A stretch of DNA of 64,000 nucleotides from an uncultured delta proteobacterium (lineage in GTDB: Bacteria > Desulfobacterota > Syntrophia > Syntrophales > UBA2185), in contig CAVOID010000010.1 of assembly GCA_963695875.1 (NCBI GenBank), forward strand, positions 149,861 through 213,860, written 5' to 3'. Of this stretch, positions 45,477-57,114 are shown in pieces. The notes under the pieces are model-generated. The model was not told the origin of the DNA and made no database searches. It was given only the letters and a program-made list of their open reading frames with translations. A program made the position numbers and the translations under genes. How positions within the stretch are numbered: position 1 is the first letter of the stretch; each line of letters opens with the position of its first letter.

Positions 45477-46314
45477 TTATTTTCCTACCGTATGAGCAGG
45501 CACCTCAATCTTTGCCTTCCACGAGGCCTTATCGGGTTTCTTATGAAGATGTGCACACTTCCCATGCTTTGCCAAACTGAAATAACCGAGAACGAGATCT
45601 TTTTTCATCAACTGAATTGCACGTGCGGGGTCAACACCTTTGGGACATACCTTCGAACATTCCCCGGCATAGTGGCAGTTGAAAATGCCGTGGCTTGCAG
45701 CAACGAGGTTCCTGCGGGCATCGCCAGCATCGTCCCGTGAATCGGTATTGTAACGGTATGCCTGGGTGAGCGGTGCCGGCCCCAGATACTCCCTGTCAGT
45801 GGCCATAGTAGGACATCCCGCCATGCAGCAACCACACTTTATACAGTAAGTGAACTGGAGGAACTCCTCCAGCTGGTGCGGCGTCTGGAAGTATTCCATA
45901 GTCGGATTTTCCATCTCTTCCACATCACTTCTCTGGATATATAGTTGCAGGCCCTTAAAAACGCCAAACATGGGAACGAGATCAGACACCAAGTCCCTGA
46001 CAAGCTTGAAGTTGGGCAATGGCGCAACCGTCAAAGCGCTCTGTCGTGACGTCAAGAATCTGTGTGTTGCAGGCCAGTCCGGGTACCCCGTTGATCATCA
46101 TCCCGCAGGAGCCGCACACACCCATGCGGCACGAAAAGCGGAAGCCAATGGTGGGGTCCTGGGTTTGTTTGATCATGTGCAATCCGTCAAGGACCGTCAT
46201 CCCTCTTTCCACCTGAAGTGCATATTGCTGCTGCCTGGGAGCTGTATCCTTATCCGGGTCAAAGCGACGAATATATACGGCCAAATTATATTTTTTATCA
46301 GTTCCTTTTTCCAT
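45477..46314 (-). CDS. sdhB: Succinate dehydrogenase/fumarate reductase FeS subunit, frameshifted
   Basis: SCRMGVCGSC, CIKCGCC..CP, CHYAGECSKVCP. Confidence 0.9.
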
Positions 46315-46327
46315 TTTCTCACCCTTC

Positions 46328-46700
46328 CTATAGTGCTGTTTCCAGTGCTTTTGCCGCGACAGCTGAATATGTGCCGATGCCGAAAAGAATAAGCCCAACT
46401 ATCCACAATATAACAGTGAACCCATCCTGAAAGGATTTCTTGGGCCCAAGTTCAAACACTATTGTCCTTAACCCATAAAACCCATGGTATAATAGCTGCA
46501 CCCAGCAGGATTATATAGGTAAAGGCAAGGAACTGATTCTGACTTCGGAAGGCAACATTCCCCCAGTTTGTAACTGCACCACCTTCTGGATTAAGAACTC
46601 CAAACATCGGCAGATGCATAACCACCATATGCAATCCGGCTATGACAAGAATTACGATTCCTGCAATAATAAACCACGTCCAGTATGCGGTTTCTCTCAT
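46328..46700 (-). CDS. sdhD: Succinate dehydrogenase small membrane anchor, frameshifted
   Basis: Short hydrophobic ORF (MRETAYWTW..GLHMVVMH) between the sdhC-like gene and sdhB. Confidence 0.65.
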
Positions 46701-46710
46701 GACGACCTCC

Positions 46711-47149
46711 CTAATGACTTCCAAAAAATGTATTGTACCCTCCGGCAACGATGAGAATGGCGCACAAGTACCATTGCTATCACCATCAAGGGTTTCTGAT
46801 TGTTAATAGACGACTTATAAGGATATACTGGCTCTTCTGCTTTACCCACGGCCAGACCCAGTTCAATGAAAATAAGCCGAATCCCATTCAGAGCATGAAA
46901 CGCAAAAAGCCATGAATACGCAAAATTCACCAAGCTTTAAAATAGGATTTTTCAAAATCACCATGGCGGCAGCCCAGCTTTCCGGACCGGACATCCTGAC
47001 GGAGCTCGCAAATATATGCAGCAGGAAGAAGAAAGGAGTCCAAGCCCTGTGAGACGGTGTAATATGTAAAGGTATCTCTCTACACCCCAGCGCCCGCCGC
47101 CGAGCCACCCAACTATTCCCAAATGGTTATCGAATTGTTTGTTTGCCAT
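46711..47149 (-). CDS. sdhC: Succinate dehydrogenase cytochrome b subunit, frameshifted
   Basis: LHRLTG and FHALNGIRL heme-ligand motifs. Confidence 0.8.
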
Positions 47150-47160
47150 ATTTCTTCCCC

Positions 47161-48911
47161 CTAATATTTACGCTCGACCGGTTTCCACTTGGTTATTGTT
47201 ACCGGTTTATAAGAAAGTTTAGGTCCTTCTTTGGTGTAAGAGACCAGTGTATGCTTCAGCCATTTTTCATCATCACGCGTAGGGAAATCATAGCGGGCAT
47301 GTCCGCCCCGGGACTCTTCCCTTACCACGGCTGCCGTAAGCAGCATCTCGGCAAGATCAAGGAGATTCCCTATCTCCATGGCATTCATCAAGTTGGTGTT
47401 ATAGACGGAACCCTTATCTGTAATGTAGATATCCTTGAAGCGCACTTTCAGATCCTGGATCTTCTTCAGGCCTGCCTTCATTTCTTCACCAGTGCGGTAC
47501 ACACCGGCATGTTGATCCATCGCCTGCCCGCAGTTCCTTCTTTAGATCATACAGGTTTTCTTTACCCTTCTTCTGGAGGAGATCTTCAAAAATCCGCCTC
47601 TGGTCTCTGCTTTGACCTGTTCATCGGGAACTTTTATCAAAGGAGGACTGGATTGACTATAAACTTCACAATCTCTTCTCCCGTGATTCCTCCCCAGACG
47701 ACGACATTCAGCCGTGGAATTACAACCAAGACGATTGGCACCGTGCAGCGAGTGGCAGGCAACTTCACCGGCTGCCCAGATCCCCTCTCATTTAGGTGGC
47801 GCCGTTAATATCCGCCTCAACTCCACCCATGGCGTAGTGGGCGACGGCACGAACCGGAATGGGTTCGAGAATCGGATCAAGGCCGACGATACTTAATGCA
47901 GACTTCCCTGATCAGCGGGAGGGCCTTGTTGATCTTATCAGCGCCTAGGTGCGTCAGGTCGAGGTGGATGTAATCAAGGCCTTCAGGGCCCGCAAACCCT
48001 CTTCCTTCTTTGATTTCCGTAATCTCGGAACGGGACACGATGTCACGCGGCGCCAGTTCCATGCATCTTCGGGGCATACTTCTCCATCAGGCGTTCGCCC
48101 TTGTTATTTCTCAGGTATCCGCCTTCGCCCCGGCACGCCTCCGTCATGAGAATTCCTGACGGAATCAGACCCGTGGGATGAAACTGCAGAAATTCAGGAT
48201 CCTCAAGGTTCAACCCCGCCCGATAGGCGATGGCATGCCCGTCACCGCTGACGGTCTGGGAATAGGTGGTGAATCCATAGAGGGTCCCGAGACCGCCGGA
48301 GGCAATGAGCATGGCCTTTCCTCGGAGAACCATAAATTTCCCGCTGGCCATGTCAATACCGGTGATACCGGCGAACTGTGCCGTCATTATAAAGAATCGA
48401 TGTAGCAAAAAATTCATCGTAGCGGTCGAAATTCTTGTACTGCATCAGTCGTGTCATAAAGGGTCTGCACTTCGAAGAAACCGGTTTTATCCTGCCGCCA
48501 TTGCAGCATCTCGTGATAGGTGTGTCCTCCAAAGGGACGCTGCATCAGTCCTGCCATCAGGGTACCGAGACCATGGCATCCCCCAGTGATCAAGCAGGAG
48601 GATCTCTTTAGGGCTGCACGTTTCCACGAACTCGTCAACTACGTCCTGATCGGCCAGGAAATCGGCGCCTTTGATCGGTGTCCCACGCATGAAGCTCTAA
48701 GCTGTCTCCATCTTCCTCTCGTCATCACGGCAGCAGAACCTCCTTCAGCACATACCGAATGGGGACGCTGTATCTGAACCTTCGATACAAGGGCCATGTT
48801 AATCGTGTCTTTTGATTTCCGGGCAATCTCTACTGCTGCCCGAAGACCGGCCAACCCGGTACCAAAAATCAAGACATCATGTGTAACTGTTTCTACTCCA
48901 TTTGTTTTCAT
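47161..48911 (-). CDS. sdhA: Succinate dehydrogenase/fumarate reductase flavoprotein, multiple frameshifts
   Basis: [45 protein letters not shown]. Confidence 0.9.
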
Positions 48912-49093
48912 AGTTTCCTACCATCCCAATTGTTTCGGTTGTATAAAGCATTCATCGCTTTATAACAGTTGTTAAGAGTAAACGAGAGAGAGTGATTCTC
49001 GATCACTCTCTCCATAAATTTCTTAACATTCGCGATATAAAGGCTATTTACCTTCGTATCATTAATGGATTATACGAGAAAATTCTCCTCGTC

Positions 49094-51034
49094 TTATCCA
49101 ATGTCAACAAGAACCTGACCAACCGCTACGGAGTCACCCTGTTTCACAAAGATAGCCTTTACCTCTCCGTCCATCGGAGAATTGAGAGGATTCTGCATTT
49201 TCATGGCTTCCAGGACTACCACCTGCTGCCCTGCCTTTACCTTGTCTCCGACCTTGCAGGTTACATCAACAATGAGACCGGGCATGGGCGCTTTAATCGC
49301 TCCTGCACCTCCTGCTGCCGGGGCCGCGGCTGGTGCTGCTGCCGGTTTTGGGCTGCTGCTGCCGGTTTGGGTGCTGCTGCCGGTGCTGCCGGTTTCGGAG
49401 CAGCGGCAACCTGCGTTACCACAGGAGCGGCAATCATTGCGCCGCCTTCGGATTCCACTTCCACTGCATAGTACGCGTCATCCACAAAGACGTTGAACTT
49501 CCTGATACCGGCGCCTTTTTCGGGAGCTACCTTTTGCGGGTTTTTCCATAAGCTTCCCGGCACAGGGCCTTCTTGATCAGCTCGTCTTCCTTCTTTACCT
49601 CTTCAATGGTCTTTGCCACGACTTCTTTGGGAATGGGCTCGAGACCGTACTTCCACTTCAGGAATCTCAATCCGGTCTGCGGATAGATGGCATAGATCAG
49701 CATATCGCCCTTGATTCTTCGCGATATCTTTCGTAGCCTCTCTCGCCTTTTCCATTTCCGGCTCTAAGGCATCTGCGGCACGGTTTGTCATGGGGGTCTC
49801 GCCCCGCTTATACCCTTTGAGGCACATCTTCTGAATCTCTTTATCAATGGGTGCAGGAGGCGCACCATAGAGACCGTAACAGTAATCTTTAATCTCCCCC
49901 GAGATCATCTTGTAGCGGCCCATGAGAACATTCATGACCGCCTGGATTCCCACGATCTGGCTGGTGGGGGTAACAAGCGGAGGATATCCCAGTTCTTTTC
50001 TCGTCTGGGGAAGCTCATCATACACCTCATTGATTCTGTGAAGCGCATTGGCCTCCTTCAAATTCGCCACGAGGTTGGTCTGCATCCCGCCGGGTACCTG
50101 ATGGAGGAGCACGCCGGCATCGATGACGGCCATTCTTGTGGTGTCGAGGAACTGGCGGTACTTCGGAGCGATCAGTTCAAGGTTATTCCCGATTTCGACC
50201 ATTTTCCTCAGATCCAGGCCTATATCTCTGTCCGTGCCTTCGAGGGCAACGAGGATCGGCTCAATAGCGGGCTGTGAGGAACGGAGCGCAAAGGGAGACA
50301 GGGCCGTATCGACGATATCCACGCCGGCTTCCGCGGCCTTCAGATATGCCATGGAACCCTGGCCGCTGGTGTAGTGGGTATGGAGCTCTACGGGAATCTT
50401 GATGGCTGCCTTCAGTGCTTTTACCAGGTCATAGGCGTCATAGGGGGATATCAATCCCGCCATATCCTTGATACAGAAGGAGTCGGCCCCCATCTGTTCG
50501 ATAATCTTCGCCTTCTTTACATAGAAATCGAGGTCATACACCTCGCCGCCCATCCGCCTCTGGGTCAGGGAGTAGCAGACGCTGCCCTGGATGTGCTTTC
50601 CCGCTTTCTTGATGGCCCGGAAGGGGGCTTCGAAGTTTCTCGTGTCGTTCACGGCGTCAAACACCCGGAAGACATCCAGACCGCACTCGGCCGTGTACAG
50701 GACAAATTCTCTGACGACGTCATCCGCGTAGTTTCGGTAACCAACGATGTTCTGACCGCGAAGGAGCATCATCAGTTTGGTATCGGGCAATCAACTTTCT
50801 CATTGTTCTGAGACGATCCCATGGATCCTCACCTAAAAACCGCGTGGGCACGTCAAACGTGGCGCCGCCCCATACCTCCATGCAGTACCACCCGATTTCA
50901 TTCATCGCTTCTGCTAAGGGAACCATATCCTCCGTTCTCATTCTGGTCGCCAGCGAAGACTGATGACCATCGCGGAAAGTCGTATCCGTGATCTTCAGAG
51001 GATTTGTTGCTGTTTTCTTTTTCTTCTCTGCCAT
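49094..51034 (-). CDS. Pyruvate carboxyltransferase (transcarboxylase 5S / PycB-like) fused to a biotin carrier, frameshifted
   Basis: RDGHQS, EVWGGATFD, KDMAG, HTH, PGGM, LVTPTSQIVG; Ala/Pro linker; EAMKM biotinylation motif. Confidence 0.88.
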
Positions 51035-51156
51035 AAGTTTAAACTCCCTTTCCTGAAATTATTATTCTTTTTATATTATATTTCAATTAACTTGACTTCA
51101 TTACCACTATATCAGCAATCCGGCCGTAACTGCCTTTGCTCAATCTGATAAATGGT

Positions 51157-51357
51157 CTAATACATCCGCATCTGCCACGACCGTCGCTGCAACATCGAGT
51201 CCATCCGTCCGGCTATTGCCCAAAGATTAACAGTTGCAAATGGCGGAGCGGCAGTGGCTGCCTGCTGCATTGCCATTGCGGCCGCTGCTTCTTCTTCCAG
51301 ATAGGCGCCTATCGCTGCTGATATGGCTGCCATCACTTTTGGATCTATTGACTGCAT
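51157..51357 (-). CDS. Small carboxylase accessory subunit (epsilon/delta-like)
   Basis: AAISAAI..Y and W..GR motifs; lies between the 12S-like and 5S-like genes. Confidence 0.6.
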   Translation of the reverse strand: MQSIDPKVMAAISAAIGAYLEEEAAAAMAMQQAATAAPPFATVNLWAIAGRMDSMLQRRSWQMRMY

Positions 51358-51389
51358 ACTTAATTTCCTTTTCTTAAGTAATCGTATTC

Positions 51390-52943
51390 CTACATTGGGA
51401 TGTTGCCGTGTTTCTTCGGTGGCCTGGTTTCCCGCTTGGACCTCAGCATGTCAAGGGCCCTAATGATAAAGCGACGGGTTTCATGGGGCCGGATCACCGC
51501 ATCCACATATCCTCTGCTTGCTGCCGCATAGGGATTACAGAAGGCATCCTCGTATTCCTTGATTTTCGCTGCCCGCATAGCTGCCGGGTCCGCCGCTGCC
51601 TTAATCTCATTCCGGAAGATGATATTGCATGCTCCTTCAGCTCCCATAACCGCCATTTCCGCCGTCGGCCAGGCAATGACCAGGTCCGCACCAAGATCGC
51701 GGCTGCACATGGCCAGATATGATCCGCCGTAGTCCTTCCGGGTTGCCAGGGTGATCTTTGGCACGGTCGCTTCCGAGTAACACCACAGCAGCTTCGCACC
51801 ATGACGGATGATACCCCTCCATTCCTGGTCTGTTCCAGGCAAATATCCGGGAACGTCCGCAATCGTAATCATGGGAATGTTGAAGGCGTCGCAGAAACGA
51901 ATGAATTTTGTCGCCTTATCCGAGGCATCGACATCGAGACACCCTGCGAGCCAGGCTGGCTGGTTGGCGATGAAACCAACCGTATGGCCTCCCATACGAC
52001 CGAATGCCACGAGCATATTCCGGGCGAAGTACATATGGGGTTCCATAAAATCGCCATTGTCGCACAGTGTTCCGATCAGTATCTTCATGTCATAATTCTG
52101 CCTTGGGGAATCCGGCACGAGCGTGTCCAGGCTGTAATCAAGCCGATTCGGGTCGTCTCCCGTTTCAACATAGGGAGGATCTTCCATATTATTCTGGGGC
52201 AGGAAACTGAGAAGTCTCTTGATTTGATTGATGTTATCCTCATCGCTCTCACAGGCAAAGTGGGCAACACCGCTTTTGGTGTTATGGGTCATCGCTCCAC
52301 CGAGACCTTCGAAATCAATGATCTCTCCGGTGACCGCTTTGATAACCTCGGGTCCGGTAATAAACATATAACTGGTGTTCTTTGTCATGAATATCCAGTC
52401 TGTCATGGCGGGTGAATACACAGCGCCCCCAGCGGTCGGCCCCATGATGGCTGAAATCTGGGGAATCGTGCCTGAGGCGCAGGAGTTGCGGTAGAAAATC
52501 TGACCGTAACCTGCCAGGGAATCCACGGCTTCCTGAATTCGTGCGCCACCCGAGTCATTAAAGCCAACGCAGGGCGCCCCTGTCTTTACTGCCAGGTCCA
52601 TGACCTTGCAGATCTTTTTTGAGTGCATCTCTCCCAGTGAGCCCGCACGGGCCGTAAAATCCTGGGAAAAGGCGAATACCGTCCGGCCGTTAACCTTGCC
52701 GTATCCGGTGATGACGGCTTCCGCCGGCACTTCCACTTTGTCCATACCAAAGTCGGTACACCGGTGACGCATGAACAGGTCTGTTTCCACAAAAGTACCG
52801 GGATCAAACAGGAGACCTATCCTCTCTCTTGCCGTGAGCTTTCCGCCTTCGTGCTGCTTCGCAATTGCCTTCGGCCCGCCCTGGGCCATGGCAATGGCTT
52901 CACGTCTTTCTAATTCCTTAATTTTTGGAGGTTTTTCACTCAT
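51390..52943 (-). CDS. Methylmalonyl-CoA carboxyltransferase (12S / PccB / MmdA-like)
   Basis: GKLTARER, DSGGARIQE, GGAVYSPA, DVPG.LPG, KKHGNIP. Confidence 0.92.
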   Translation of the reverse strand: MSEKPPKIKELERREAIAMAQGGPKAIAKQHEGGKLTARERIGLLFDPGTFVETDLFMRHRCTDFGMDKVEVPAEAVITGYGKVNGRTVFAFSQDFTARAGSLGEMHSKKICKVMDLAVKTGAPCVGFNDSGGARIQEAVDSLAGYGQIFYRNSCASGTIPQISAIMGPTAGGAVYSPAMTDWIFMTKNTSYMFITGPEVIKAVTGEIIDFEGLGGAMTHNTKSGVAHFACESDEDNINQIKRLLSFLPQNNMEDPPYVETGDDPNRLDYSLDTLVPDSPRQNYDMKILIGTLCDNGDFMEPHMYFARNMLVAFGRMGGHTVGFIANQPAWLAGCLDVDASDKATKFIRFCDAFNIPMITIADVPGYLPGTDQEWRGIIRHGAKLLWCYSEATVPKITLATRKDYGGSYLAMCSRDLGADLVIAWPTAEMAVMGAEGACNIIFRNEIKAAADPAAMRAAKIKEYEDAFCNPYAAASRGYVDAVIRPHETRRFIIRALDMLRSKRETRPPKKHGNIPM

Positions 52944-52973
52944 TACGTCTCTCCCCTTTTCTTATCTAGATTG

Positions 52974-53378
52974 TTATATTTTCTGACACAGTTCCACGAG
53001 AACACCGAATGTGTCCTTGGGATGAACGAAGGCGATCTTCTTCCCGCCAGCTCCCATACGGGGTACTTTGTCAATCAGACGAATGCCTTTGGCTTCCAGT
53101 TCTTTCAGAGCCTCTTCAATGTTGTCCACCACGAATGCAACGTGCTGGACGCCTTCTCCCTTCTTTTCGATGAAGCCCGCGATAGGTCCATCCGGTGCAG
53201 TCGACTGCAGAAGTTCCACCTCCGTATCACCTACGGGGAGAAAGGCCGTCGTTACCTTCTGCTCGGCTACAGTTTCACTGCCTTCCAGTTTCAACCCCAA
53301 TGTATCCTTGAAAAACTTCAGGGCCGCTTCAATACTGTTTACTGCAACACCGATATGGTCTACTTTTACTATCTTCAT
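52974..53378 (-). CDS. mce: Methylmalonyl-CoA epimerase
   Basis: DHIG.AV, ELL, GEG..H.A, F.HPK...GVL.EL. Confidence 0.93.
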   Translation of the reverse strand: MKIVKVDHIGVAVNSIEAALKFFKDTLGLKLEGSETVAEQKVTTAFLPVGDTEVELLQSTAPDGPIAGFIEKKGEGVQHVAFVVDNIEEALKELEAKGIRLIDKVPRMGAGGKKIAFVHPKDTFGVLVELCQKI

Positions 53379-53486
53379 AATGACCTCCCCATTCTGTTTT
53401 AAGTGTTTCGTTTATTTTGAAGGTCCCACCGCTAATTACTCTTAGCCGCATAAAATATCGGCTGGTATTAATGATGTATTCCTTAC

Positions 53487-54377
53487 TTACTTCTTCTTTT
53501 TCTTTTTCGCTAGAATCTCCTGAACTCTTTTTCCTATTTCAGCCGGGTTTTTCTCAACAATTACACCTGCCGCTCCCAAGGCCTTGAATTTTTCATCTGC
53601 GGTGCCTTTTCCACCCGAAATGATCGCACCAGCATGGCCCATTCTTCTCCCTGGAGGAGCAGTTCGACCGGCGATGAAAGAGACAACCGGCTTTGTCAGA
53701 TTGGATTTGATGAATTCAGCCGCTTCTTCTTCAGCGGTTCCACCGATCTCTCCGATCATAACGAGAGCTACTGTGTCGGGATCTTTCTCGTACAGTGCCA
53801 ACATATCAACAAAACCGGACCCGGGTATGGGATCACCACCGATACCGATAGAGGTAGATCTGACCGATCCCGAGATTGGTAAGCTGCCAGATAGCTTCGT
53901 AAGTCAACGTTCCACTTCTGGAGATGACGCCTACGTTTCCTTTTTTATGGATGAAGCTCGGCATAAAACCGATCTTACCTACACCGGGAGTGGTGATTCC
54001 CGGACAGTTGCAGCCAATCATCCGTGGCTTTCGATGTCTTTAAGTACCTGTTTGACCTTGATCATGTCTGTTACGGGGATACCTTCGGTCATACATACAA
54101 CAAGCCCGATCCCTGCTTCTATCGATTCAATGATAGCATCAGCAGAGAATGCTGCGGGAGTATACAAGGCAGCAACATTAGCACCCTGTTTTTCGACCGC
54201 ATCGGCCACTCGGTTATATACGGGGATACCATCAACGTCCATGCCTCCTTTGCCCGGGGTAACCCCGGCGACGACTTTCGTCCCGAATTTCACCGATTCA
54301 CGAGTATGAAAGGTCCCCTCCGAACCGGTAATTCCCTGAACCACAACACGAGAATTTTTATCTAAAAGTATTGCCAT
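53487..54377 (-). CDS. sucD: Succinyl-CoA synthetase alpha subunit, frameshifted
   Basis: [39 protein letters not shown]. Confidence 0.93.
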
Positions 54378-54417
54378 GTTCAACTCACCCTTTCTTTAAA
54401 ATTTATATTCTAATATG

Positions 54418-55584
54418 TTATTTAAGCAATGCAACAACCTTTTCAGCCGCTTCATAGAGACCGTCAGCTACGGTGAATTTCAAACCCGATTCTTTAAGGA
54501 TTTTCTTGCCTTCTTCCACATTGGTTCCCTGGAGTCTGATTACCATGGGCAGTTTCATATCGATATTTTTAGCAGCCTGGATGATTCCATTTGCTACACG
54601 ATCACACCGGAGTATACCACCAAAAATATTGACCAGAATTGCTTTTACGTTGGGGTCAGAGGTAAGGATTTTGAAGGCCTTTTCGATCTGATCAGGATTA
54701 GCGCCACCACCGACATCGAGGAAGTTGGCCGGTTCGCCACCTGCCATTTTGATGAGGTCCATCGTTGTCATGGCAAGACCTGCCCCATTGACCATACATG
54801 CTATATTACCATCGAGTTTGATGTAATTGACCCCTGCATTCTTAGCAATGACTTCCAGGGGATCTTCTTCATTTTCATCTCTCAGTTGCTTGATGTCCGG
54901 ATTGCGGAACAGCCCGTCATCATCAAAGTTTATCTTGGCATCGACGGCGATGAGGTTACCCTCTGTTGTGAGTACGAGGGGGTTGATCTCTACGAGAGAA
55001 GCATCCTTAGCTACAAATAGTTCGTATAACCCCTTGGTGATGTTTGCAAATTGAGCACTTAGTGATTTATCGCCTAATCCCAATCCATAGGCGAGTTTTC
55101 TTGCCTCAAACGGGCTGAATCCCACTGCGGGGGGAACTGCACACTTGATGATTTTTTCAGGAGTGGCCTTGGCTACCTCTTCAATCTCCATACCGCCAGC
55201 TTCCGAAGCCATGAAAACAACACATTCCTTATCCCGCGCGCGATCCACCACCATACCAAGATAGAGCTCTTTCTTGATATTCGATGTTTCTTCAACCAGG
55301 ACCTTCTGCACTTTTATTCCTTCCGGACCGGTCTGGTGGGTAATCAACTGCATTCCGAGGATTTTCTTCGCTGCCTCGTAAGCTTCATCAGGTGTTTTGG
55401 CGACTTTAACACCACCGCCTTTTCCTCGCCCGCCGGCGTGGATCTGGGCCTTTACAATAGACGTCTTGTTAAGGGATTTGGCAATTTCTCGAGCTTTTTC
55501 AGGTGTGTCAGCGACTTCACCATTGGGTACCGGAACATTGTATGCACGCAAGAGACTTTTAGCCTGATATTCGTGAATCTTCAT
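54418..55584 (-). CDS. sucC: Succinyl-CoA synthetase beta subunit
   Basis: MKIHEYQAK, KAQIHAGGRGKGGG, EINPL, NGAGLAM, NFLDVGG. Confidence 0.96.
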   Translation of the reverse strand: MKIHEYQAKSLLRAYNVPVPNGEVADTPEKAREIAKSLNKTSIVKAQIHAGGRGKGGGVKVAKTPDEAYEAAKKILGMQLITHQTGPEGIKVQKVLVEETSNIKKELYLGMVVDRARDKECVVFMASEAGGMEIEEVAKATPEKIIKCAVPPAVGFSPFEARKLAYGLGLGDKSLSAQFANITKGLYELFVAKDASLVEINPLVLTTEGNLIAVDAKINFDDDGLFRNPDIKQLRDENEEDPLEVIAKNAGVNYIKLDGNIACMVNGAGLAMTTMDLIKMAGGEPANFLDVGGGANPDQIEKAFKILTSDPNVKAILVNIFGGILRCDRVANGIIQAAKNIDMKLPMVIRLQGTNVEEGKKILKESGLKFTVADGLYEAAEKVVALLK

Positions 55585-56085
55585 TATGAACCTCCAATCC
55601 TTATTAGTTTATATAGTAAATTAACTTTTTGAAATTTCTAAATAATACTTGATAAGCGGCCAGAAACCAGAGAAATACAAATCCCTGTATAGGTACTCTA
55701 AACACCTACATGAAATTTAATTTCTCCCGGGAAATCTCTGACCACTGCGAATATTTCTACTGCCTTTCTCTTAGTTATGAGAGTTTGATGAAAGTTTTGT
55801 GGAATACTTGATCAGGGTGCGCTTCATATCACCCAAAAATGTTTCTGTCAACTTTTTTCTGTAAATTTTCTGTAAATTTTTCCGGAGACCTCATAATTGA
55901 GAATTTATAAGGGTTTGCTCCTTATCTATTAATGATCTGATAAAAGGTGGTAAAAAATAATCCCAGAAGGGAAATGCGACACTAAACCTGTTAACACGAA
56001 AGACTATTCGTGTTAAATAACCATGCTCATAAGAATGGAGCTTATGACTTATTCGGGAGGTAAGGCAGACCGGTATATACAACTA

Positions 56086-56127
56086 AGACCTTTGAATAAC
56101 TGTATATTTTCCATTATCCAAAGGTCT
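56086..56127. repeat. Short inverted repeat (minimal MITE-like)
   Basis: AGACCTTTGAATAA / TTATCCAAAGGTCT. Confidence 0.45.
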
Positions 56128-56166
56128 CAGTCATAATATTATCGAACTTATCTCTTCTTTATTACA

Positions 56167-56458
56167 TTATGGACGGTATTCATAAACCTCGTATTCCGTT
56201 TTTGCGCCCAGCAACGTGTCAATCTGATTCTGAATCGTAGCCCTCTCTTTACTTCCGAGCCAGGCTTTCCAAGCATTAGCGCTTTCCCACGTACTGATAA
56301 CCAGATACTCATCCGGCCTCGCTACACTCTTTAAAGACTCCCCTGATACATAACCGGGTTGTTTTATACTAAGTGCCCTGAGCTGCATGATTAGATCCTT
56401 TAATTTTGCTACCTTTGTCCGCGGATACCTTTCTCTTGATCAGAATTTTGACTGTCAT
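56167..56458 (-). CDS. ABM-domain (antibiotic biosynthesis monooxygenase family) protein, frameshifted
   Basis: MTVKILI from ATG 56458 with GGAGG RBS; QPGYVSGE, VISTWES...W..W. Confidence 0.75.
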
Positions 56459-56639
56459 TGGTCTCACCTCCTAAGTTATTTCCCGGAATGTCAACCTGAA
56501 TTCGATTACGATTACCTTGGCCGCTGATCTTTCTTATTTTATAACGGAGTTATTAAATACTGTCAATATTTTATTTACTTTTTTCTTTTTAAAAAACTTG
56601 GTATTAGAAGAAAATGGCAATCCACATTATTGATATAAC

Positions 56640-56700
56640 TGACGGAACAGCATGGGAATCGAACCCACCCAAGGTGGTTTTAACGCCCCACAATGAATTT
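56640..56700 (-). tRNA. selC: Degenerate 3' half of tRNA-Sec (att-site remnant, not a functional tRNA)
   Basis: Minus strand: variable arm TGGGGCG..CACCTTG, T-arm GTGGG-TTCGATT-CCCAT, 8-nt acceptor strand GCTGTTCC, G, TCA. Confidence 0.7.
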
Positions 56701-57114
56701 TTGGTAGGAAATAATTAACTCTGAAAATGATATTCAGGTTTCGATAGAAATCTAGAGAGCTATCGATCAATGGAAAGATCATCGATCCCGATATAATCGT
56801 AAATTTCCTGATCTGATGATAATCGAATTGCGGTAAGAAGGAGGGGTGGAAATCTATATATACATAGATTCATATGCTGACTGATCTTTATCATTTCAAA
56901 GAAACTTATATAATTTTCAAGTTTTTCTTGACACACACCGTACTTTTTGCATACAGTCCCCCCACATAAAACCGGCACAGGGAAAGATTCCGATTGACAT
57001 GTGTGCGAAGGCCGTTGCCCAGGCATACGGAGTAATTCTTTGAGTATTGCGGCTTACGGCATAATCCCGCAGATGGACTTTTCCTGAGATCGGCAATGAA
57101 AGGAGAATAATATT

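Noticed and set aside
49300..49400. Tandem GCTGCCGG-like repeats
   Set aside because: They encode the Ala/Pro linker before the biotinyl domain.
56950..57030. c-di-GMP-I riboswitch (GCACAGGG resemblance)
   Set aside because: The GNRA tetraloop/receptor and GACGCAAAGC core are missing.
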